A stretch of DNA of 40,000 nt from Serratia sp. H1w (GCF_000633355.1 NZ_AYMQ01000056.1:148658-188657), one strand, 5' to 3'; positions 25,335 to 36,716 are shown, counted from the stretch's first letter. Notes: generated from the letters alone by a model not told the origin. Program-made: numbers and translations.

Positions 25335-25747
25335 GAGTGAGTCACCTTTTTTACGATCAGATAGATGGCAGGCTCCCGCTCAATTTCGGCGAGCAAACTG
25401 AGCAATTTGGCACTCCACTCGCTAAAGGGGGCCGGTTGGCTCTCAATTAACGGGGCCAGGGCATTGGCCAGCAGGTTGGTGTGGGTGGAGTCGATGGTGA
25501 TTTCGCCGAAGGTCAGCAGGCCACGCATTTTGCGCTGGGCCTCTCCCTCGGGGAACTGCTCAATCCAGCTTTGATATTGCGCTAATGGGCAGCTCAACTC
25601 GGTATTCAGGCAATCAATCACCCCAACGTGATGGCCAATTGCCAGCGAGTAATACATCACCTGCTGCGCCTGGGCGGGCATGTCGTCATCACTATCAAGA
25701 AATTTCTGGCGTAGCGACCAGAAGACCGCCTTGGCTTCATTTGGCAT
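25331..25747 (-). CDS. hyfJ: Formate hydrogenlyase maturation protein HyfJ/HycH family
   Basis: From ATG 25747 the protein reads [47 protein letters not shown]..., matching HycH/HyfJ at 138 aa. It overlaps the hyfI 3' end by 11 nt. The ORF-track start 25867 is an unsupported extension. Confidence 0.9.
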   Translation of the reverse strand: MPNEAKAVFWSLRQKFLDSDDDMPAQAQQVMYYSLAIGHHVGVIDCLNTELSCPLAQYQSWIEQFPEGEAQRKMRGLLTFGEITIDSTHTNLLANALAPLIESQPAPFSEWSAKLLSLLAEIEREPAIYLIVKKVTHS

Positions 25748-26522
25748 GGGTAGACTCCCGCTGTAAGCAGTCTGCCAGACAGCTGACAATCTCGCGCAGA
25801 CGGGGATCATTGTCCTGCTTAAGCCACTCCTCCATGCGCAGCAAGACCGAATCCGCGCTGGCTCCAACTAGCAGAGATAAAAAGCGATCGCTGATGGCTC
25901 GCCCTTGGTGATATCCCGCTAAGCGGCGCGCTTCTCGTTCAATCACTATGCGCGTAGATAAAGGAATGTTGGGTAACGTTAAGGCGGCGTGTTCACCAGC
26001 TTGCTCAAGGTGATTCTCTCCCTTCAGCTTTTGTTCCAGCAGGCCCAGCGCTACGGCAAAGCCATAGATGGTGGCGGCAGGTGTCGGCGGGCAACCGGGT
26101 ATCCACACGTCAATCGGCACGATAGATTCACTGCCGCCCCAGACGCAGTACAGATCGTGGAAAATCCCGCCGCCACAGCCGCAGGCACCATAGGAGATAC
26201 AGATTTTCGGATCGGGAGCCGATTCGTAAGCTCTGAGCGCGGGGACGCGCATGGCACGGGTAACCGCACCGGTAAACAACAAGATATCGGCATGGCGCGG
26301 TGAAGGTACCACCTTGATACCAAAACGCTCGGCATCAAACACCGGCGTGATGGCGGAGAAAATCTCGATCTCACAGCCATTGCAACCGCCGCAGTCCACG
26401 CGATACACGTAGGCCGAACGTTTGATATCCTTCAGCAGCTTGCTCTTGAGCTTGGCGGTCTGTTCATCAATGGCGATCGGCGTCGTGCGGTGATGATTGA
26501 TATTGATATCAGGCATCGTCAT
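25737..26522 (-). CDS. hyfI: Hydrogenase-4 small subunit (NuoB-like, [4Fe-4S])
   Basis: The 261-aa protein reads [14 protein letters not shown]...[10 protein letters not shown]...IPGCPPTP, which is the NuoB/HycG cysteine pattern. Confidence 0.93.
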   Translation of the reverse strand: MTMPDININHHRTTPIAIDEQTAKLKSKLLKDIKRSAYVYRVDCGGCNGCEIEIFSAITPVFDAERFGIKVVPSPRHADILLFTGAVTRAMRVPALRAYESAPDPKICISYGACGCGGGIFHDLYCVWGGSESIVPIDVWIPGCPPTPAATIYGFAVALGLLEQKLKGENHLEQAGEHAALTLPNIPLSTRIVIEREARRLAGYHQGRAISDRFLSLLVGASADSVLLRMEEWLKQDNDPRLREIVSCLADCLQRESTHAK

Positions 26523-26523
26523 G

Positions 26524-27069
26524 TTATTTCGCTCCCGCTGGCTGGCTCAGTTTCATCGGCCGATGCTGGCTTAGGGTCTGTTTACGCTTGCAGGCTGGGC
26601 AGGTTTCGAACTGCGGCCGCATCGCGGCGATGCTGTCGGCCCCCATACCTGCGTGGGCCAGCAGCGCCATGGCGTAGTCCACCGACTTGGTTGGCGTAAA
26701 GGGCTGTTGGCAACAGCGGCAGTTGAGCAGGGTAAAGGTAGCGCGGATATACAGATCGGCCTTTTGCATTACCGCCATTTCAAACTCTTCTGAAAGCCGG
26801 ATCGCCCGCGTTGGGCAGACTTCTTCACAGCGTGCGCAAAAGATGCAGCGGCCAATAAACAATTGCCAGACGCGCTCGCCGCTGGCCTCATGGGTTTCCA
26901 TGGTTAACGCATTGGCCGGGCAGGCCACGGTGCAGGCTCCGCAGGCGATACACTGCTCGGGATCGTACTCTGGCTTGCCACGAAAGCCCGGGCAAACCTC
27001 CAGCGGCTTGAACGGGTATTTCACCGTCACTTCACCGGCTTTCAGGATGGTTTTAAACAGTTTCAGCAT
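26524..27069 (-). CDS. hyfH: Hydrogenase-4 2x[4Fe-4S] ferredoxin-type subunit (HycF/NuoI-like)
   Basis: From ATG 27069 the protein reads [20 protein letters not shown]... and carries [12 protein letters not shown] and [12 protein letters not shown] motifs (181 aa). GGGAGG lies upstream. Confidence 0.92.
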   Translation of the reverse strand: MLKLFKTILKAGEVTVKYPFKPLEVCPGFRGKPEYDPEQCIACGACTVACPANALTMETHEASGERVWQLFIGRCIFCARCEEVCPTRAIRLSEEFEMAVMQKADLYIRATFTLLNCRCCQQPFTPTKSVDYAMALLAHAGMGADSIAAMRPQFETCPACKRKQTLSQHRPMKLSQPAGAK

Positions 27070-27079
27070 GCTGCCTCCC

Positions 27080-28816
27080 TCACTTGCACGGTGAATTGGT
27101 GCGTTCAATCCCGTAGCGCTCAATCTCTTTGTACGGCACGGTCTTGGCTTTTCGCTTGTTAATGTCGATCAGCGTGACGCGGTCGGTGCAGGAGTAGCAG
27201 GGATCGAGGCTGCCGATAATCAGTGGGGCATCGGAAACCGTATTGCCGCGCAGCATATAGCGCAACACCGGCCAGTTGGCGTAGGTAGCTGCCCGGCAGC
27301 GCCAGCGGAACAGCTTCTGGTTATCCCCCAGCATGCTCCAGTGGATATCTTCACCCCGTGGGGCTTCGGCATAGCCCAACGCAAATTTGTGTGGCTGGTA
27401 GCGGAAGCCTTCGGTGAGCAGCGGGCCACCCGGCAGGTTATCCAGGCCGTATTCGATCATCGCCAGCGAATCCAGCACTTCCTGTACGCGTACCATCACA
27501 CGCGAGTACACGTCACAGCCGTCGAAGGTGAATAGCGTTTTGGGTAGGGAGCCGTAATTGGCATAGGGATGGTCAAAGCGCATATCACGCTTGAAGCCGC
27601 TGGCGCGGATCATCGGCCCCACCGGGCTATAGTCGCGGGCGATTTGCCGATCCAGCAGGCCAATGCCTTTGGTGCGCTGCTCGATATTCGGTGTGCCGAG
27701 CAGCATCTCCACCAGTTGCGTCACGTCGGCACGCATCTCATGGATCAGTTTGATGGTTTTGACCCGTTGCTCTTTCAGGATGTCCCGGCGTACGCCGCCA
27801 ATCAAATTCAAGCCATAGGTTTTACGCGACCCGGTCAACAGCTCCGCCATGGTCATCGATTTTTCACGTACGCGGAAGAACTGCATAAAGCCGGTATCAA
27901 AACCGACAAAGTGGCTGGATAAGCCGATATTCAGCAGATGGCTGTGCAGGCGTTCAACCTCCAGCAGGATGCTGCGGATGGCATGGGCGCGGGGGGGCAC
28001 ATAGATCCCCAGCGCATTTTCCACCGAGGTGGTGTAGGCCACGCTGTGGGTAAAGCCGCAGATCCCGCAAACCCGGTCGGACAGGAAGGTGACTTCCTGA
28101 TAGCCCATGCGGGTTTCGGCCAATTTCTCCATACCACGATGCACGTAGAACAACCGGTAGTCGGCATCGACAATGCGCTCGCCGTCAACGAACAGACGAA
28201 AATGCCCCGGTTCGTCAGAAGTGATGTGCATCGGCCCAATGGGGACTACGCGTGATTCACCCGTGGCAGCATTTTCAAACGGATAGGTTTCCACGTTGGT
28301 GGTCGGTTCCGGGCGCTGGCGGTAATCCATGGTGTCTTTACGCAGCGGGTAAAGATCGTCTGGCCAGTCGTCCGGCAGCACCAGGCGGCGCTCGTCCGGT
28401 AGACCTACCGGGATCAATCCGTACATATCGCGGATTTCACGCTCGCCCCACACGGCGGCAGGAACGCGCGGGGTGACCGACGGAAACTCTAGCGTGATGG
28501 CGCTAACGTGGGCCTTCACGGTGATAAAACACTTTTCCCCTTCCTCCATCGACAGTACGTAGTAGACGGCGAAATCCCCGGTCAAGGTACGCTCATCGTT
28601 GCCAAACAGCACCGGCAGCCAGCCGCCCAGTTGGTAGTAAAGGTATTCAACGATCTCGGGTAACGAGTTCAGTTTTACCGTGATGGTGACCTGATTGGCG
28701 GTTTGCCATTCGGCCTCTAACAACGCATTGGGGAATTTCTCTCGTACTTTGGCCAGATAGCCTTTGCCGAGCTTTTCGTCGTTGTTGAGGGTCAACACAT
28801 GGGTTTCGTAGCTCAC
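27080..28816 (-). CDS. hyfG: [NiFe] hydrogenase-4 large subunit (NuoC-NuoD fusion, HycE/HyfG type)
   Basis: The protein is colinear with E. coli HycE: [43 protein letters not shown], and the NiFe ligands [11 protein letters not shown] and DPCYSCTDR, followed by a 32-aa cleavable tail. The start is GTG 28816 in a GTGA overlap with the hyfF stop, with AGGAGA upstream. Confidence 0.93.
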   Translation of the reverse strand: MSYETHVLTLNNDEKLGKGYLAKVREKFPNALLEAEWQTANQVTITVKLNSLPEIVEYLYYQLGGWLPVLFGNDERTLTGDFAVYYVLSMEEGEKCFITVKAHVSAITLEFPSVTPRVPAAVWGEREIRDMYGLIPVGLPDERRLVLPDDWPDDLYPLRKDTMDYRQRPEPTTNVETYPFENAATGESRVVPIGPMHITSDEPGHFRLFVDGERIVDADYRLFYVHRGMEKLAETRMGYQEVTFLSDRVCGICGFTHSVAYTTSVENALGIYVPPRAHAIRSILLEVERLHSHLLNIGLSSHFVGFDTGFMQFFRVREKSMTMAELLTGSRKTYGLNLIGGVRRDILKEQRVKTIKLIHEMRADVTQLVEMLLGTPNIEQRTKGIGLLDRQIARDYSPVGPMIRASGFKRDMRFDHPYANYGSLPKTLFTFDGCDVYSRVMVRVQEVLDSLAMIEYGLDNLPGGPLLTEGFRYQPHKFALGYAEAPRGEDIHWSMLGDNQKLFRWRCRAATYANWPVLRYMLRGNTVSDAPLIIGSLDPCYSCTDRVTLIDINKRKAKTVPYKEIERYGIERTNSPCK

Positions 28817-30399
28817 TTTACTTCTCCTGCCTGAGGTTCGGCCGCAGAGGAATGATTCTGAACGGCCCACGGCCAGCTAAAGGGCTGAGCGTGAGTGCCA
28901 GGCTTATTGTTCATCACGATGGTGACCGCGTTTTCCAGCAGTCGGCTGACCGGCTGTGGGATATGGGTGCCCATCACCAGCATCAGCACCAACAGGATCA
29001 GCATCGGGAGGGTGGTCAGGATCCCCAGTTCACCTTTGTTGACTTCGTCTGGTTTGGGGCCGAACGAGATGTGGGCCACCATGCGTACCAAACCAGCCAA
29101 CACCACCGTCAACAGCAACAGCAACACGATGGTTAAGGTGATATGGCCCGCCGCCAGCCCCGCGGTTACCGTCATAAACTCGCTGAGGAAAATGTTGAAT
29201 GGCGGCATACCGCCCAGCGCCAATGCGCCCCCGGCCAGCATCACGGCGGTGAGCGGCATCGATTTAAGCATCCCTTTCACCACGGTGATATCGCGGGTGC
29301 CATACTTCAGCAGCACGTTACCGGAGCCGCAAAACAGCAGGGTTTTTGCCAGGCTGTGGTTCAGGGTATGCAGCAGCGCCGCCAGTATGCCCAACGGGCC
29401 GCCAATGCCGATCGCCACGGCGATCAACCCCATATTCTCCACGCTGGAGTAGGCCAGCAGTCGTTTGATATCGCGCTGCACCAGAATAAAGAAGGCCGCC
29501 ACCGCTACCGAGAGCAGGCCAAACACCATCAACAGCCTGCCGGTAAACTCACTGCCCAGCGTGGTGCTGATAATGATGTAGTAGCGGATGATGATCAGCA
29601 GCGCGCAGTTAAGCAGCACGGCAGAGAGCAGGGCGCTGGTGGGGCTTGGCGCTTCGCTGTGGGCGTCCGGCAGCCAGGCGTGCATGGGGAACAGCCCGGT
29701 TTTGGTGCCAAAGCCAATCAGCACGAACACAAAGGCCAGATGCATCAGTATCGGATCCAGCTGCGTGGCGTGCTTGAGCACTTCCGTCCAGAAGATGGCG
29801 TCATTGGGATCGGGCATAAAGCTGGCCGCGTTGGCGTAAACCAGAATGGTGCCGAACAGACCGAAGGCCACGCCGACGGTACAGATAATGATGTATTTCC
29901 AGGCAGCCTCCAGCGAGGAACTCTGCCCGTAGAGTCCGACCAGAAACGCCGAGCTTAGCGTGGTGGCCTCGATGGCGGCCCACATCAGGATCAGGTTATT
30001 ACTGGTGATCACCAACAGCATGGTGAACAGGAAAAGATGGAAGAAGCCGTAGTAATGGCACAGGGTCGCCACCGAAATCTCGCCCTCATCGACTTCATGG
30101 CGCATATAGCCGATGGAGTACAACCCGGTTAGGCAGCCGATAATGCCGAGGATCGCCAGGAACAGTGCACTCAGGCTGTCCAGATGCAGCCAGCGCTCGG
30201 CGACCAGAATATCGCCTCCTTGCTGGTAAACCTGCATTACCGCCCACAGTGAAATCACCAACAGCAGCATAATGCCGATCAAGTGCAGCAGCGTGACGCA
30301 AACCCGTGCCGCATTGCCCAGCAACCGGCAGGCAAAGGTCAGCAGCGAGAAGGCCAGCGGCGTCAACAGTAATAGAAACAGCATGGTGGTATTACTCAT
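28813..30399 (-). CDS. hyfF: Hydrogenase-4 membrane subunit, NuoN/antiporter-like
   Basis: The 528-aa polytopic protein matches E. coli HyfF (526 aa) in size and carries Mrp/NuoN-type motifs ([29 protein letters not shown]). It sits between hyfE and hyfG, as in the hyf operon. Confidence 0.9.
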   Translation of the reverse strand: MSNTTMLFLLLLTPLAFSLLTFACRLLGNAARVCVTLLHLIGIMLLLVISLWAVMQVYQQGGDILVAERWLHLDSLSALFLAILGIIGCLTGLYSIGYMRHEVDEGEISVATLCHYYGFFHLFLFTMLLVITSNNLILMWAAIEATTLSSAFLVGLYGQSSSLEAAWKYIIICTVGVAFGLFGTILVYANAASFMPDPNDAIFWTEVLKHATQLDPILMHLAFVFVLIGFGTKTGLFPMHAWLPDAHSEAPSPTSALLSAVLLNCALLIIIRYYIIISTTLGSEFTGRLLMVFGLLSVAVAAFFILVQRDIKRLLAYSSVENMGLIAVAIGIGGPLGILAALLHTLNHSLAKTLLFCGSGNVLLKYGTRDITVVKGMLKSMPLTAVMLAGGALALGGMPPFNIFLSEFMTVTAGLAAGHITLTIVLLLLLTVVLAGLVRMVAHISFGPKPDEVNKGELGILTTLPMLILLVLMLVMGTHIPQPVSRLLENAVTIVMNNKPGTHAQPFSWPWAVQNHSSAAEPQAGEVK

Positions 30400-30403
30400 C
30401 GTC

Positions 30404-31054
30404 TCACCCCTTCAGCGCCGTCAGTTGTTCAACATTCAGCGTGTTGAGCGTGCGATAGATTTTGCGCGCCAGCACGGCCATCACGATCACCGCAAAAATC
30501 GCATCGGTGGCGATGCCAATCTCCACCAGCTCCGGCGCACGATTGGCCAGCAGTGCCAGCGTCAGGTGTGAGCCGTTTTCCATCAGGCAATAACCGAATA
30601 CCTGCTTGAGGATGTTGCGTTGGGTGACGATACACAGCAGGCCAAGCATGAAATGCCCCAGCGAAACCGCCAGCGCCGGTTTTAGCGAGGCCAGCAGCGG
30701 CACCTGCACCGGCTCCACCACAAACCAGCACAGCAGCACAATCAGCGCCGCAGCCAGTATCAGCATCACCGGGCCGATCAGGCTGCCGTTGGCCGAAGGA
30801 TCATCCATTTTGCGAAAGGCATAGGCCATAATCACTGGCACCAGCACCACCTTGGTGATAAAGGCGCTAATTGCCCACAGCGTGAGCTGGTGGGCCCCCA
30901 GGGTTTGCCCCAGCGTAAAGAAGATCAGCACCAATAGCAGCGACTGCAAGGCATAGAGCCAGCACGAGGCCACGGGCCGTTTTGCGCCAATTACCAGCAG
31001 CGAGGTGACCATCATCAGCCCCGCGAGGTTATTGACGATAAGTGAACCGGTCAT
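30404..31054 (-). CDS. hyfE: Hydrogenase-4 membrane subunit HyfE
   Basis: From ATG 31054 the protein is 216 aa, the same length as E. coli HyfE, and hydrophobic ([23 protein letters not shown]...). GGGAG lies upstream. Confidence 0.88.
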   Translation of the reverse strand: MTGSLIVNNLAGLMMVTSLLVIGAKRPVASCWLYALQSLLLVLIFFTLGQTLGAHQLTLWAISAFITKVVLVPVIMAYAFRKMDDPSANGSLIGPVMLILAAALIVLLCWFVVEPVQVPLLASLKPALAVSLGHFMLGLLCIVTQRNILKQVFGYCLMENGSHLTLALLANRAPELVEIGIATDAIFAVIVMAVLARKIYRTLNTLNVEQLTALKG

Positions 31055-31065
31055 AATCAACTCCC

Positions 31066-32523
31066 TTATCCAAGCCAGGCGACGGCAATCACGCTGGAAC
31101 CCACCGACATTGCGATCAGAATCACTAACACCGCGCTCATCACCCACGGCAGCGGGGAGGCTTGTGCCACCTCGGCGCTAGGTTTGCCGGGAATAACGCG
31201 CCCAAACCAATAGATAAACCAGGCAAAGCTGGCCACCGATTCGATCAGTACCAACACCATCAGCGGCGTCATCAGCCAGAACTCACGCGACAGAGCAAAA
31301 CCGGCGGCAAATATCGGGAACTTGCTGAAGAAACCGTTAAACGGTGGCACCCCGGTGATTGCCAGCGCGGCCACGCAGAAACCGACGCCCAGCAGCGGCA
31401 TTTTGCTCATCACGCCTTGCAAGCGTGGCAGCATGCGGGTGCCACAGCTGTAGCTCAGCGCCCCGGCTACCAGGAAGAACAGGCTCTTGGCAAACGCGTG
31501 GTTGAAGATGTAGGCCACACCGCCGAGAAAGGCGGTTTTGGAACCGAAGATGGAAATGGACAGCGCCAGGAAGATATAGGAGAGCTGGGTAATGGTTGAC
31601 CACGCCAGCAAGCGCTTCATATCCTTTTGCGGCAGATACATCAGGAAGCCGTAAATCAGGGTGATTGTCGCCATCACGATGCCGACCCAGCCGATAATGT
31701 GGGGCACCTGATCCGCAGAAAGAATAGCGCGGGCATAGATATAGACGCCCACCTTCACCATCGAGGCGGCGTGCAAATAAGCACTCACCGGGGTAGGGGC
31801 CTCCATGGCATCGGGCAGCCAGGCCTGCAACGGGAGCTGGGCCGATTTCCCCCAGGCCGCAAACAGGATGCCACCAAACACCACCAGGCTGGCCGTACCG
31901 TTGAGCTGCGCAATGGCGCTCAGGGCTAAGGTGCCGGTATTGAGGAACAGCGTCGCCGCCGCCAGATACAGGCCAATGGAGGCCACATGAGTGATCAACA
32001 GAGCCTTCATGGCTGAGCGTTGTGCTTTTGGCGTCTGGTAGTAACTAATCAGGCCCCAGGAACAGCCGCCGGTGATCTCGAAGAACAGTAGCTGCCCCAA
32101 AATGGTGGAGGACATCACCAGCCCGGCCATCGCACCGATAAAGATCAGCAGGAATGCGTAATAACGGTTGCTGCCCTCATGGGGATGTTCGCGGTTGGCT
32201 GTGGTGAGATAACCGGTGGAATACAGGCTGACCAACAGGCCAAGAAACACCACCGCGAACACAATCAGCGTGCTGATACGGTCGATAATAAAACCGAACA
32301 GCGCCACGTTGCCGTATTGCAGCAAGGTGATGGTGGTATCCACCTTGCCATGTGCCAGGAATTGCCAGCCAATGATCACTGTACCCAGCGTGGCCAACAG
32401 AGCGAACAGGCTACAGATCCACTTGGCCATCCGTTGTGGCACGCAGGCCGTCAGCAGCGCGCCGATAAACGGCAACAGCAGCGTGGCGAGGGCGGTATAT
32501 TGCAAACAGAACGTATTTTCCAT
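31066..32523 (-). CDS. hyfD: Hydrogenase-4 membrane subunit, NuoM/antiporter-like
   Basis: The 485-aa polytopic protein carries LQAWLPDAMEAPTPVSAYLHAA and KRLLAWSTITQLSYIF antiporter-like motifs. Its position and size match HyfD (479 aa). Confidence 0.9.
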   Translation of the reverse strand: MENTFCLQYTALATLLLPFIGALLTACVPQRMAKWICSLFALLATLGTVIIGWQFLAHGKVDTTITLLQYGNVALFGFIIDRISTLIVFAVVFLGLLVSLYSTGYLTTANREHPHEGSNRYYAFLLIFIGAMAGLVMSSTILGQLLFFEITGGCSWGLISYYQTPKAQRSAMKALLITHVASIGLYLAAATLFLNTGTLALSAIAQLNGTASLVVFGGILFAAWGKSAQLPLQAWLPDAMEAPTPVSAYLHAASMVKVGVYIYARAILSADQVPHIIGWVGIVMATITLIYGFLMYLPQKDMKRLLAWSTITQLSYIFLALSISIFGSKTAFLGGVAYIFNHAFAKSLFFLVAGALSYSCGTRMLPRLQGVMSKMPLLGVGFCVAALAITGVPPFNGFFSKFPIFAAGFALSREFWLMTPLMVLVLIESVASFAWFIYWFGRVIPGKPSAEVAQASPLPWVMSAVLVILIAMSVGSSVIAVAWLG

Positions 32524-32541
32524 AATGGGTTTCCTGGCGGC

Positions 32542-33492
32542 TTACAGACCGGTGAGATAAAAGACCAAGGCCAGCGCCGCTACGCCAAAACCGAGCCAGG
32601 TAACGTGATGCGTCAGTAAGAACCGCCCACGCGCCAAGGTATTTTCAAAAATGGAGGCGATGACAAACACTGCCAGCAGCTTGGCCAGCATGATCACCGC
32701 CGCCAGGGCCAATGCCGGGACCGTCAACTCCACCGCCTTGCCGAAAGGAATGAATACCGCCAGAAACAGTTCGGCCACCACTACCTGCTTAAGGCCGATC
32801 CCCCATTTCACCAGCGCCAGGCCGGAGCCGGAGTATTCGGTCAGCGGCCCTTCTTGAAGTTCTTGCTCGGCCTCCGCTACGTCGAAGGGGATTTTGCCCA
32901 TTTCGATAAACGCCGCGAAACCGCAGGCCAACATGGCCAACAGCGTGGCCGTCGGTGAGCTCCATCCCTCGGTCAGGGTGGCGCTGATGCTGCCGATGTT
33001 GGTGGAGCCTGCGATCAGGGCGACCACCAGCAGGGCCAGGATCAGCGTGGGTTCTACCAGCACGCCCAGCGTCAGTTCGCGGCTGGCACCGATCCCGGCA
33101 AATGGGCTACCGGTATCCAGACCCGATAGTGAGAAGAAGAAGCGGAACAGCGCGAACAGATAGAGCAGGGTGATCAAATCCCCCGCACCGGCAAACGGTG
33201 AGGTTCGCGTGAAGATGGGCAGGGTCATGGCGACCAGCAACATGCTGCTCAGCAGCACATAAGGCATCACGCGGAAGATGGCACCCGACTGCGCTGGAGC
33301 AACCTCCTGACGCTTGAACAACTTGCCCATATCGCGATAGTCCTGCCAGATGCCTGGGCCACGGCGCGAATGCATCCGGGCGCGGATCTGACGGGAGATC
33401 CCGGTGAACAGCGGCGCGATCGCCAGCAGTATCAGCGCCTGGATCAGCGCGAAGAGTCCCATCATTAACGACGGTGTTTCCTGCATTGACAT
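32542..33492 (-). CDS. hyfC: Hydrogenase-4 membrane subunit, NuoH/HycD-like
   Basis: LFTGISRQIRARMHSRRGPGIWQDYRDMGKLFKRQEVAP...FRFFFSLSGLDTGSPFAGIGASRELTLG...GKIPFDVAEAEQELQEGPLTEYSG is nearly identical in motif content to E. coli HyfC. The start is ATG 33492 (316 aa), with ATG 33486 as an alternative. Confidence 0.93.
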   Translation of the reverse strand: MSMQETPSLMMGLFALIQALILLAIAPLFTGISRQIRARMHSRRGPGIWQDYRDMGKLFKRQEVAPAQSGAIFRVMPYVLLSSMLLVAMTLPIFTRTSPFAGAGDLITLLYLFALFRFFFSLSGLDTGSPFAGIGASRELTLGVLVEPTLILALLVVALIAGSTNIGSISATLTEGWSSPTATLLAMLACGFAAFIEMGKIPFDVAEAEQELQEGPLTEYSGSGLALVKWGIGLKQVVVAELFLAVFIPFGKAVELTVPALALAAVIMLAKLLAVFVIASIFENTLARGRFLLTHHVTWLGFGVAALALVFYLTGL

Positions 33493-33503
33493 GCTATTTC
33501 CCC

Positions 33504-35519
33504 TTAAACCGCGACAAGCAACAGCAGGATCACCAAGGCGATCACCACATACAGGCAATAGAAGCGGAAGTCGCCGCTCTGCATACCCTGCAACCGCACC
33601 CCCAGACGTTGAGATGCCTTGACCAGCGGATTGATGAGCCAGTCATCCCAGAACGGTTCGGCTCGGGTAGCTCCAACGGTGGTCTGCTCCAGCGCCCGTG
33701 ACAGCATAGGAGAAGGGTCGAGCTGCTTGCGCAGGCGGTACAAGGAGGCAAACATGGCGCGCAGCGGCTGGGTAAAGCCCCCGGCAGACACCGCCATTGC
33801 CTGCTCCCAGTTGTAGCCACAGGCCCACGGATCGCCACGGCGGCGGAAGCTGGACTGATTGCTTTTCAGCAGCAGATACACCGCTAGCGGGATTAACGGC
33901 AGGGCGACGAGCAGGATAAAGGTCAGTGCCGGTGACAACATCGCCTGACTGGCCAGTTGCGGCACCAACATTGAGCCTTGAACGACCGTGACGTCATGAG
34001 TACCGACCAGCGTCATGGCAACCTGTGCCAATACTGGGGCAACCAGGCTGGCCCCAACACCGAGTAGCACGCAAAGCAGAGCCAACAGCAGCATGGCAGT
34101 TGTCATTGGCCACGGTACTTCGCGGGCCTGTGCCGCTTTTTCGCTGCGCGCACCACCGCAGAAGCTGACGCCGTAAACCTTGACGAAACACATCGCCGCC
34201 AGCGCCCCGGTAATGGCCAGCATCACCATGGCAATCGGACCGCTGAGACGCATAACAAAGTTGCCGTCATGACTCATGGAGAACAGTGATTGGTAGGTAT
34301 ACCACTCGCTGATAAAACCGTTCAGCGGCGGCAGGGCGGAGATCGACATACAGCCAATCAGGAACGCCAATCCGGTCAGCGGCATCAGTTTCGCCAGGCC
34401 GCCCATCTGTTCCATATCGCGGGTATGGACACGCCAAATCACGGCACCGGCCCCCAGGAACAGCAGACCTTTAAACACCGCATGGTTGAGCAGGTGGTAC
34501 AGCGCACCGAGCAGGCCCAATGCCGCCATCACCGGGTGCCCGCTGGACATGCCGACCATCGCCACGCCGACGCCCATTAAAATGATGCCGATGTTCTCAA
34601 CCGTGTGCCAGGCCAGCAGGCGCTTGATGTCGTGTTCGGCCAAGGCGTACAGCACCCCTAACACCGCCGACACCGCGCCGAAGGCCAGCACCACAATGCC
34701 CCACCACATTTCGCTGGCGCCCAGCAGATCGATACCCACCTTGATGATGCCGAAAATGCCGATTTTCACCATCACGCCGGACATCAGTGCTGACGCATGA
34801 GAAGGGGCCGCCGGGTGAGCACGCGGTAACCAGCTGTGTAGCGGTAGCATCCCCGCCTTGGCACCAAAGCCAAAGAAGGCCAACAGGAAAACCACCGATG
34901 CCATCCACGGCGAGAGCGACAGCGCGCGGAAAGAGTCGAAGTCCAGGCTGCCGCTTTCCCGCCACATCAGGAAGAAAGCGATCATGATCAGCACCGAACC
35001 GGCATGGGCGATAAAGAAGTACAGTAAACCGGCGCTGATGGACTCATCATCCTGATCGGCGATCACCAGGAACCAGGAGGCCAGCGACATCATTTCGAAC
35101 AGGATAATGAAGTAGAAGGCGTTATCCATCACCACCAGCCCGACCATCGAGGCGATAAACAGGTTCATAAAGAACCCCATGCTCGCCGCACCTTTGCCGC
35201 GATACTCCTGCACATAAGAAAGGGAATACAGCGCGCAAACGGTGACCAGCAGCGAGATCACCACCAGCATAAAGGCGGCCAGCGAGTCCATGCGCACCAC
35301 CAAGGCGGCAAACGAGAACAGGCCGGGGGTAGAGAAGGTGAGGGTTTGTCCGCTGAGCAGCGCGGGAACGGCGCTGCATAGCCCCAGCAAGCCGCCGATC
35401 ATCGCGCTGATACCTGCTAGCAAGATGGCAACGCGCTCCCGGCGAAACAGCAGCAGCGACAACACGCCGCCGGTGACATAAATCACCAAGGCCCAAAGCA
35501 GTAGAGTGAGAGAGTCCAT
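33504..35519 (-). CDS. hyfB: Hydrogenase-4 membrane subunit, NuoL/HycC-like
   Basis: From ATG 35519 (MDSLTLLLWALVIY...) the protein is 671 aa, against 672 aa for E. coli HyfB. It carries antiporter-like motifs (LHSWLPRAHPAAPSHASALMSGVMVK, KRLLAWHTVENIG). The ORF-track start 35669 overlaps hyfA and is rejected. Confidence 0.92.
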   Translation of the reverse strand: MDSLTLLLWALVIYVTGGVLSLLLFRRERVAILLAGISAMIGGLLGLCSAVPALLSGQTLTFSTPGLFSFAALVVRMDSLAAFMLVVISLLVTVCALYSLSYVQEYRGKGAASMGFFMNLFIASMVGLVVMDNAFYFIILFEMMSLASWFLVIADQDDESISAGLLYFFIAHAGSVLIMIAFFLMWRESGSLDFDSFRALSLSPWMASVVFLLAFFGFGAKAGMLPLHSWLPRAHPAAPSHASALMSGVMVKIGIFGIIKVGIDLLGASEMWWGIVVLAFGAVSAVLGVLYALAEHDIKRLLAWHTVENIGIILMGVGVAMVGMSSGHPVMAALGLLGALYHLLNHAVFKGLLFLGAGAVIWRVHTRDMEQMGGLAKLMPLTGLAFLIGCMSISALPPLNGFISEWYTYQSLFSMSHDGNFVMRLSGPIAMVMLAITGALAAMCFVKVYGVSFCGGARSEKAAQAREVPWPMTTAMLLLALLCVLLGVGASLVAPVLAQVAMTLVGTHDVTVVQGSMLVPQLASQAMLSPALTFILLVALPLIPLAVYLLLKSNQSSFRRRGDPWACGYNWEQAMAVSAGGFTQPLRAMFASLYRLRKQLDPSPMLSRALEQTTVGATRAEPFWDDWLINPLVKASQRLGVRLQGMQSGDFRFYCLYVVIALVILLLLVAV

Positions 35520-35521
35520 GT

Positions 35522-36142
35522 TTATTTCTGCCCCCTGACGAGAGAAGGAGAGGATGTCCAGCCGATCGCGACCTGGCTGGCTCGCGCCAGACGCCGGGCC
35601 TGCGCTTCCTGCTCGAGCTGCTGTTCGTCGATAAGATGCAAGGCATTGGTCGGGCAAATGCGCACGCACTCCGGCCCATCAGTGAGGAATGCACAAAGAT
35701 CGCACTTCACCGCCACCGTTTTGATCCCGGCATTCCATGACAGATAGGGCGATTGGCTGGCAGGGCTGGTCGGCACGTCGGGCAACATCTCTGCCGGAAC
35801 GTACTGCTCAAACATCGGCGGAATATTGACCGGCCCACCGCCCGCGGGGGTGATCGCGCCGAACGGGCAGGCCAGACCACACAGCTTGCAGCCAATGCAC
35901 AGGCTTTCGTTCAGTTCGATGGCATGTTCACCGTGGGTGATGGCATTGACCGGGCAAACGCGCGCGCAAGGAGCGTCCTCACACTGGCGGCAAAGCATCG
36001 GTGCCGTTTGTTCCCCGACGCGCGTCACCGTCAGCCGTGGATGCGACTGTAGCCCGGTAGCCTTATGCACCTCGGTGCAGGCGGCCATGCAGGTATTGCA
36101 GCCGATACAGTGCTGAGGCTCCGCAATAACAAAGCGGTTCAT
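35522..36142 (-). CDS. hyfA: Hydrogenase-4 4x[4Fe-4S] ferredoxin-type subunit (HycB/HyfA)
   Basis: MNRFVIAEPQHCIGCNTCMAAC...RQCEDAPCARVCPVNAI...CIGCKLCGLACPFGAI...KCDLCAFLTDGPECVRICPTNAL gives 206 aa, against 205 aa for E. coli HyfA. Confidence 0.93.
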   Translation of the reverse strand: MNRFVIAEPQHCIGCNTCMAACTEVHKATGLQSHPRLTVTRVGEQTAPMLCRQCEDAPCARVCPVNAITHGEHAIELNESLCIGCKLCGLACPFGAITPAGGGPVNIPPMFEQYVPAEMLPDVPTSPASQSPYLSWNAGIKTVAVKCDLCAFLTDGPECVRICPTNALHLIDEQQLEQEAQARRLARASQVAIGWTSSPSLVRGQK

Positions 36143-36173
36143 GGCCTGTTCTCCAACAGAAAGCGATTCACAG

Positions 36174-36716
36174 TCAGATCGCCAACGAGAGTGGGGTGAG
36201 TGCGGCGCGGCGGCGTTTTTCCGCGTTCATTTTTTGCAGCAACTGCTGGTCTACACACAGCAGCGCGTCGGTAGGGCAAAACTCCATGCACGCCGGGCCG
36301 CTGGCACGCTCGCTACAGAGATCGCACTTATGCGCTTCCGTTTTACCCGCCGCGGGAAACATCAAGGCATTTCCCTGGTGAGCAGCCGGACGGGTAATCA
36401 CCTCCATCACGCCGTAGGGGCAAGCCATGACGCAGGCTTTACAGCCGATACAGCGTTCCTGTGTGACCTTAACCATCCCGTCGGTCTGGCTGATGGCTCC
36501 GTTGGGGCAAACGCTGGCGCAGGGAGCATCGTCGCACTGACGGCACAGCACCACGGTGCTGATATTGCCGTCCTTGAGCAGATGCAGGCGGGGCGTGAAG
36601 TTGGCGGCATCCAGCGCCGAGAAATCCTGATTTTGGCTATGGGCCACTACGCAGGCGATCTCACAAGTACGGCAGCCGATGCATTTTTGCGGATCGGCCA
36701 TGATAAACCTGTTCAT
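36174..36716 (-). CDS. hydN: Electron-transfer ferredoxin HydN (4x[4Fe-4S]), first gene of the hyf operon here
   Basis: MNRFIMADPQKCIGCRTCEIACVVAHS...CRQCDDAPCASVCPNGAI...RCIGCKACVMACPYGVMEV...KCDLC...GPACMEFCPTDAL...AEKRRRAAL is colinear with E. coli HydN. AGGAG lies upstream of the ATG. Confidence 0.9.
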   Translation of the reverse strand: MNRFIMADPQKCIGCRTCEIACVVAHSQNQDFSALDAANFTPRLHLLKDGNISTVVLCRQCDDAPCASVCPNGAISQTDGMVKVTQERCIGCKACVMACPYGVMEVITRPAAHQGNALMFPAAGKTEAHKCDLCSERASGPACMEFCPTDALLCVDQQLLQKMNAEKRRRAALTPLSLAI

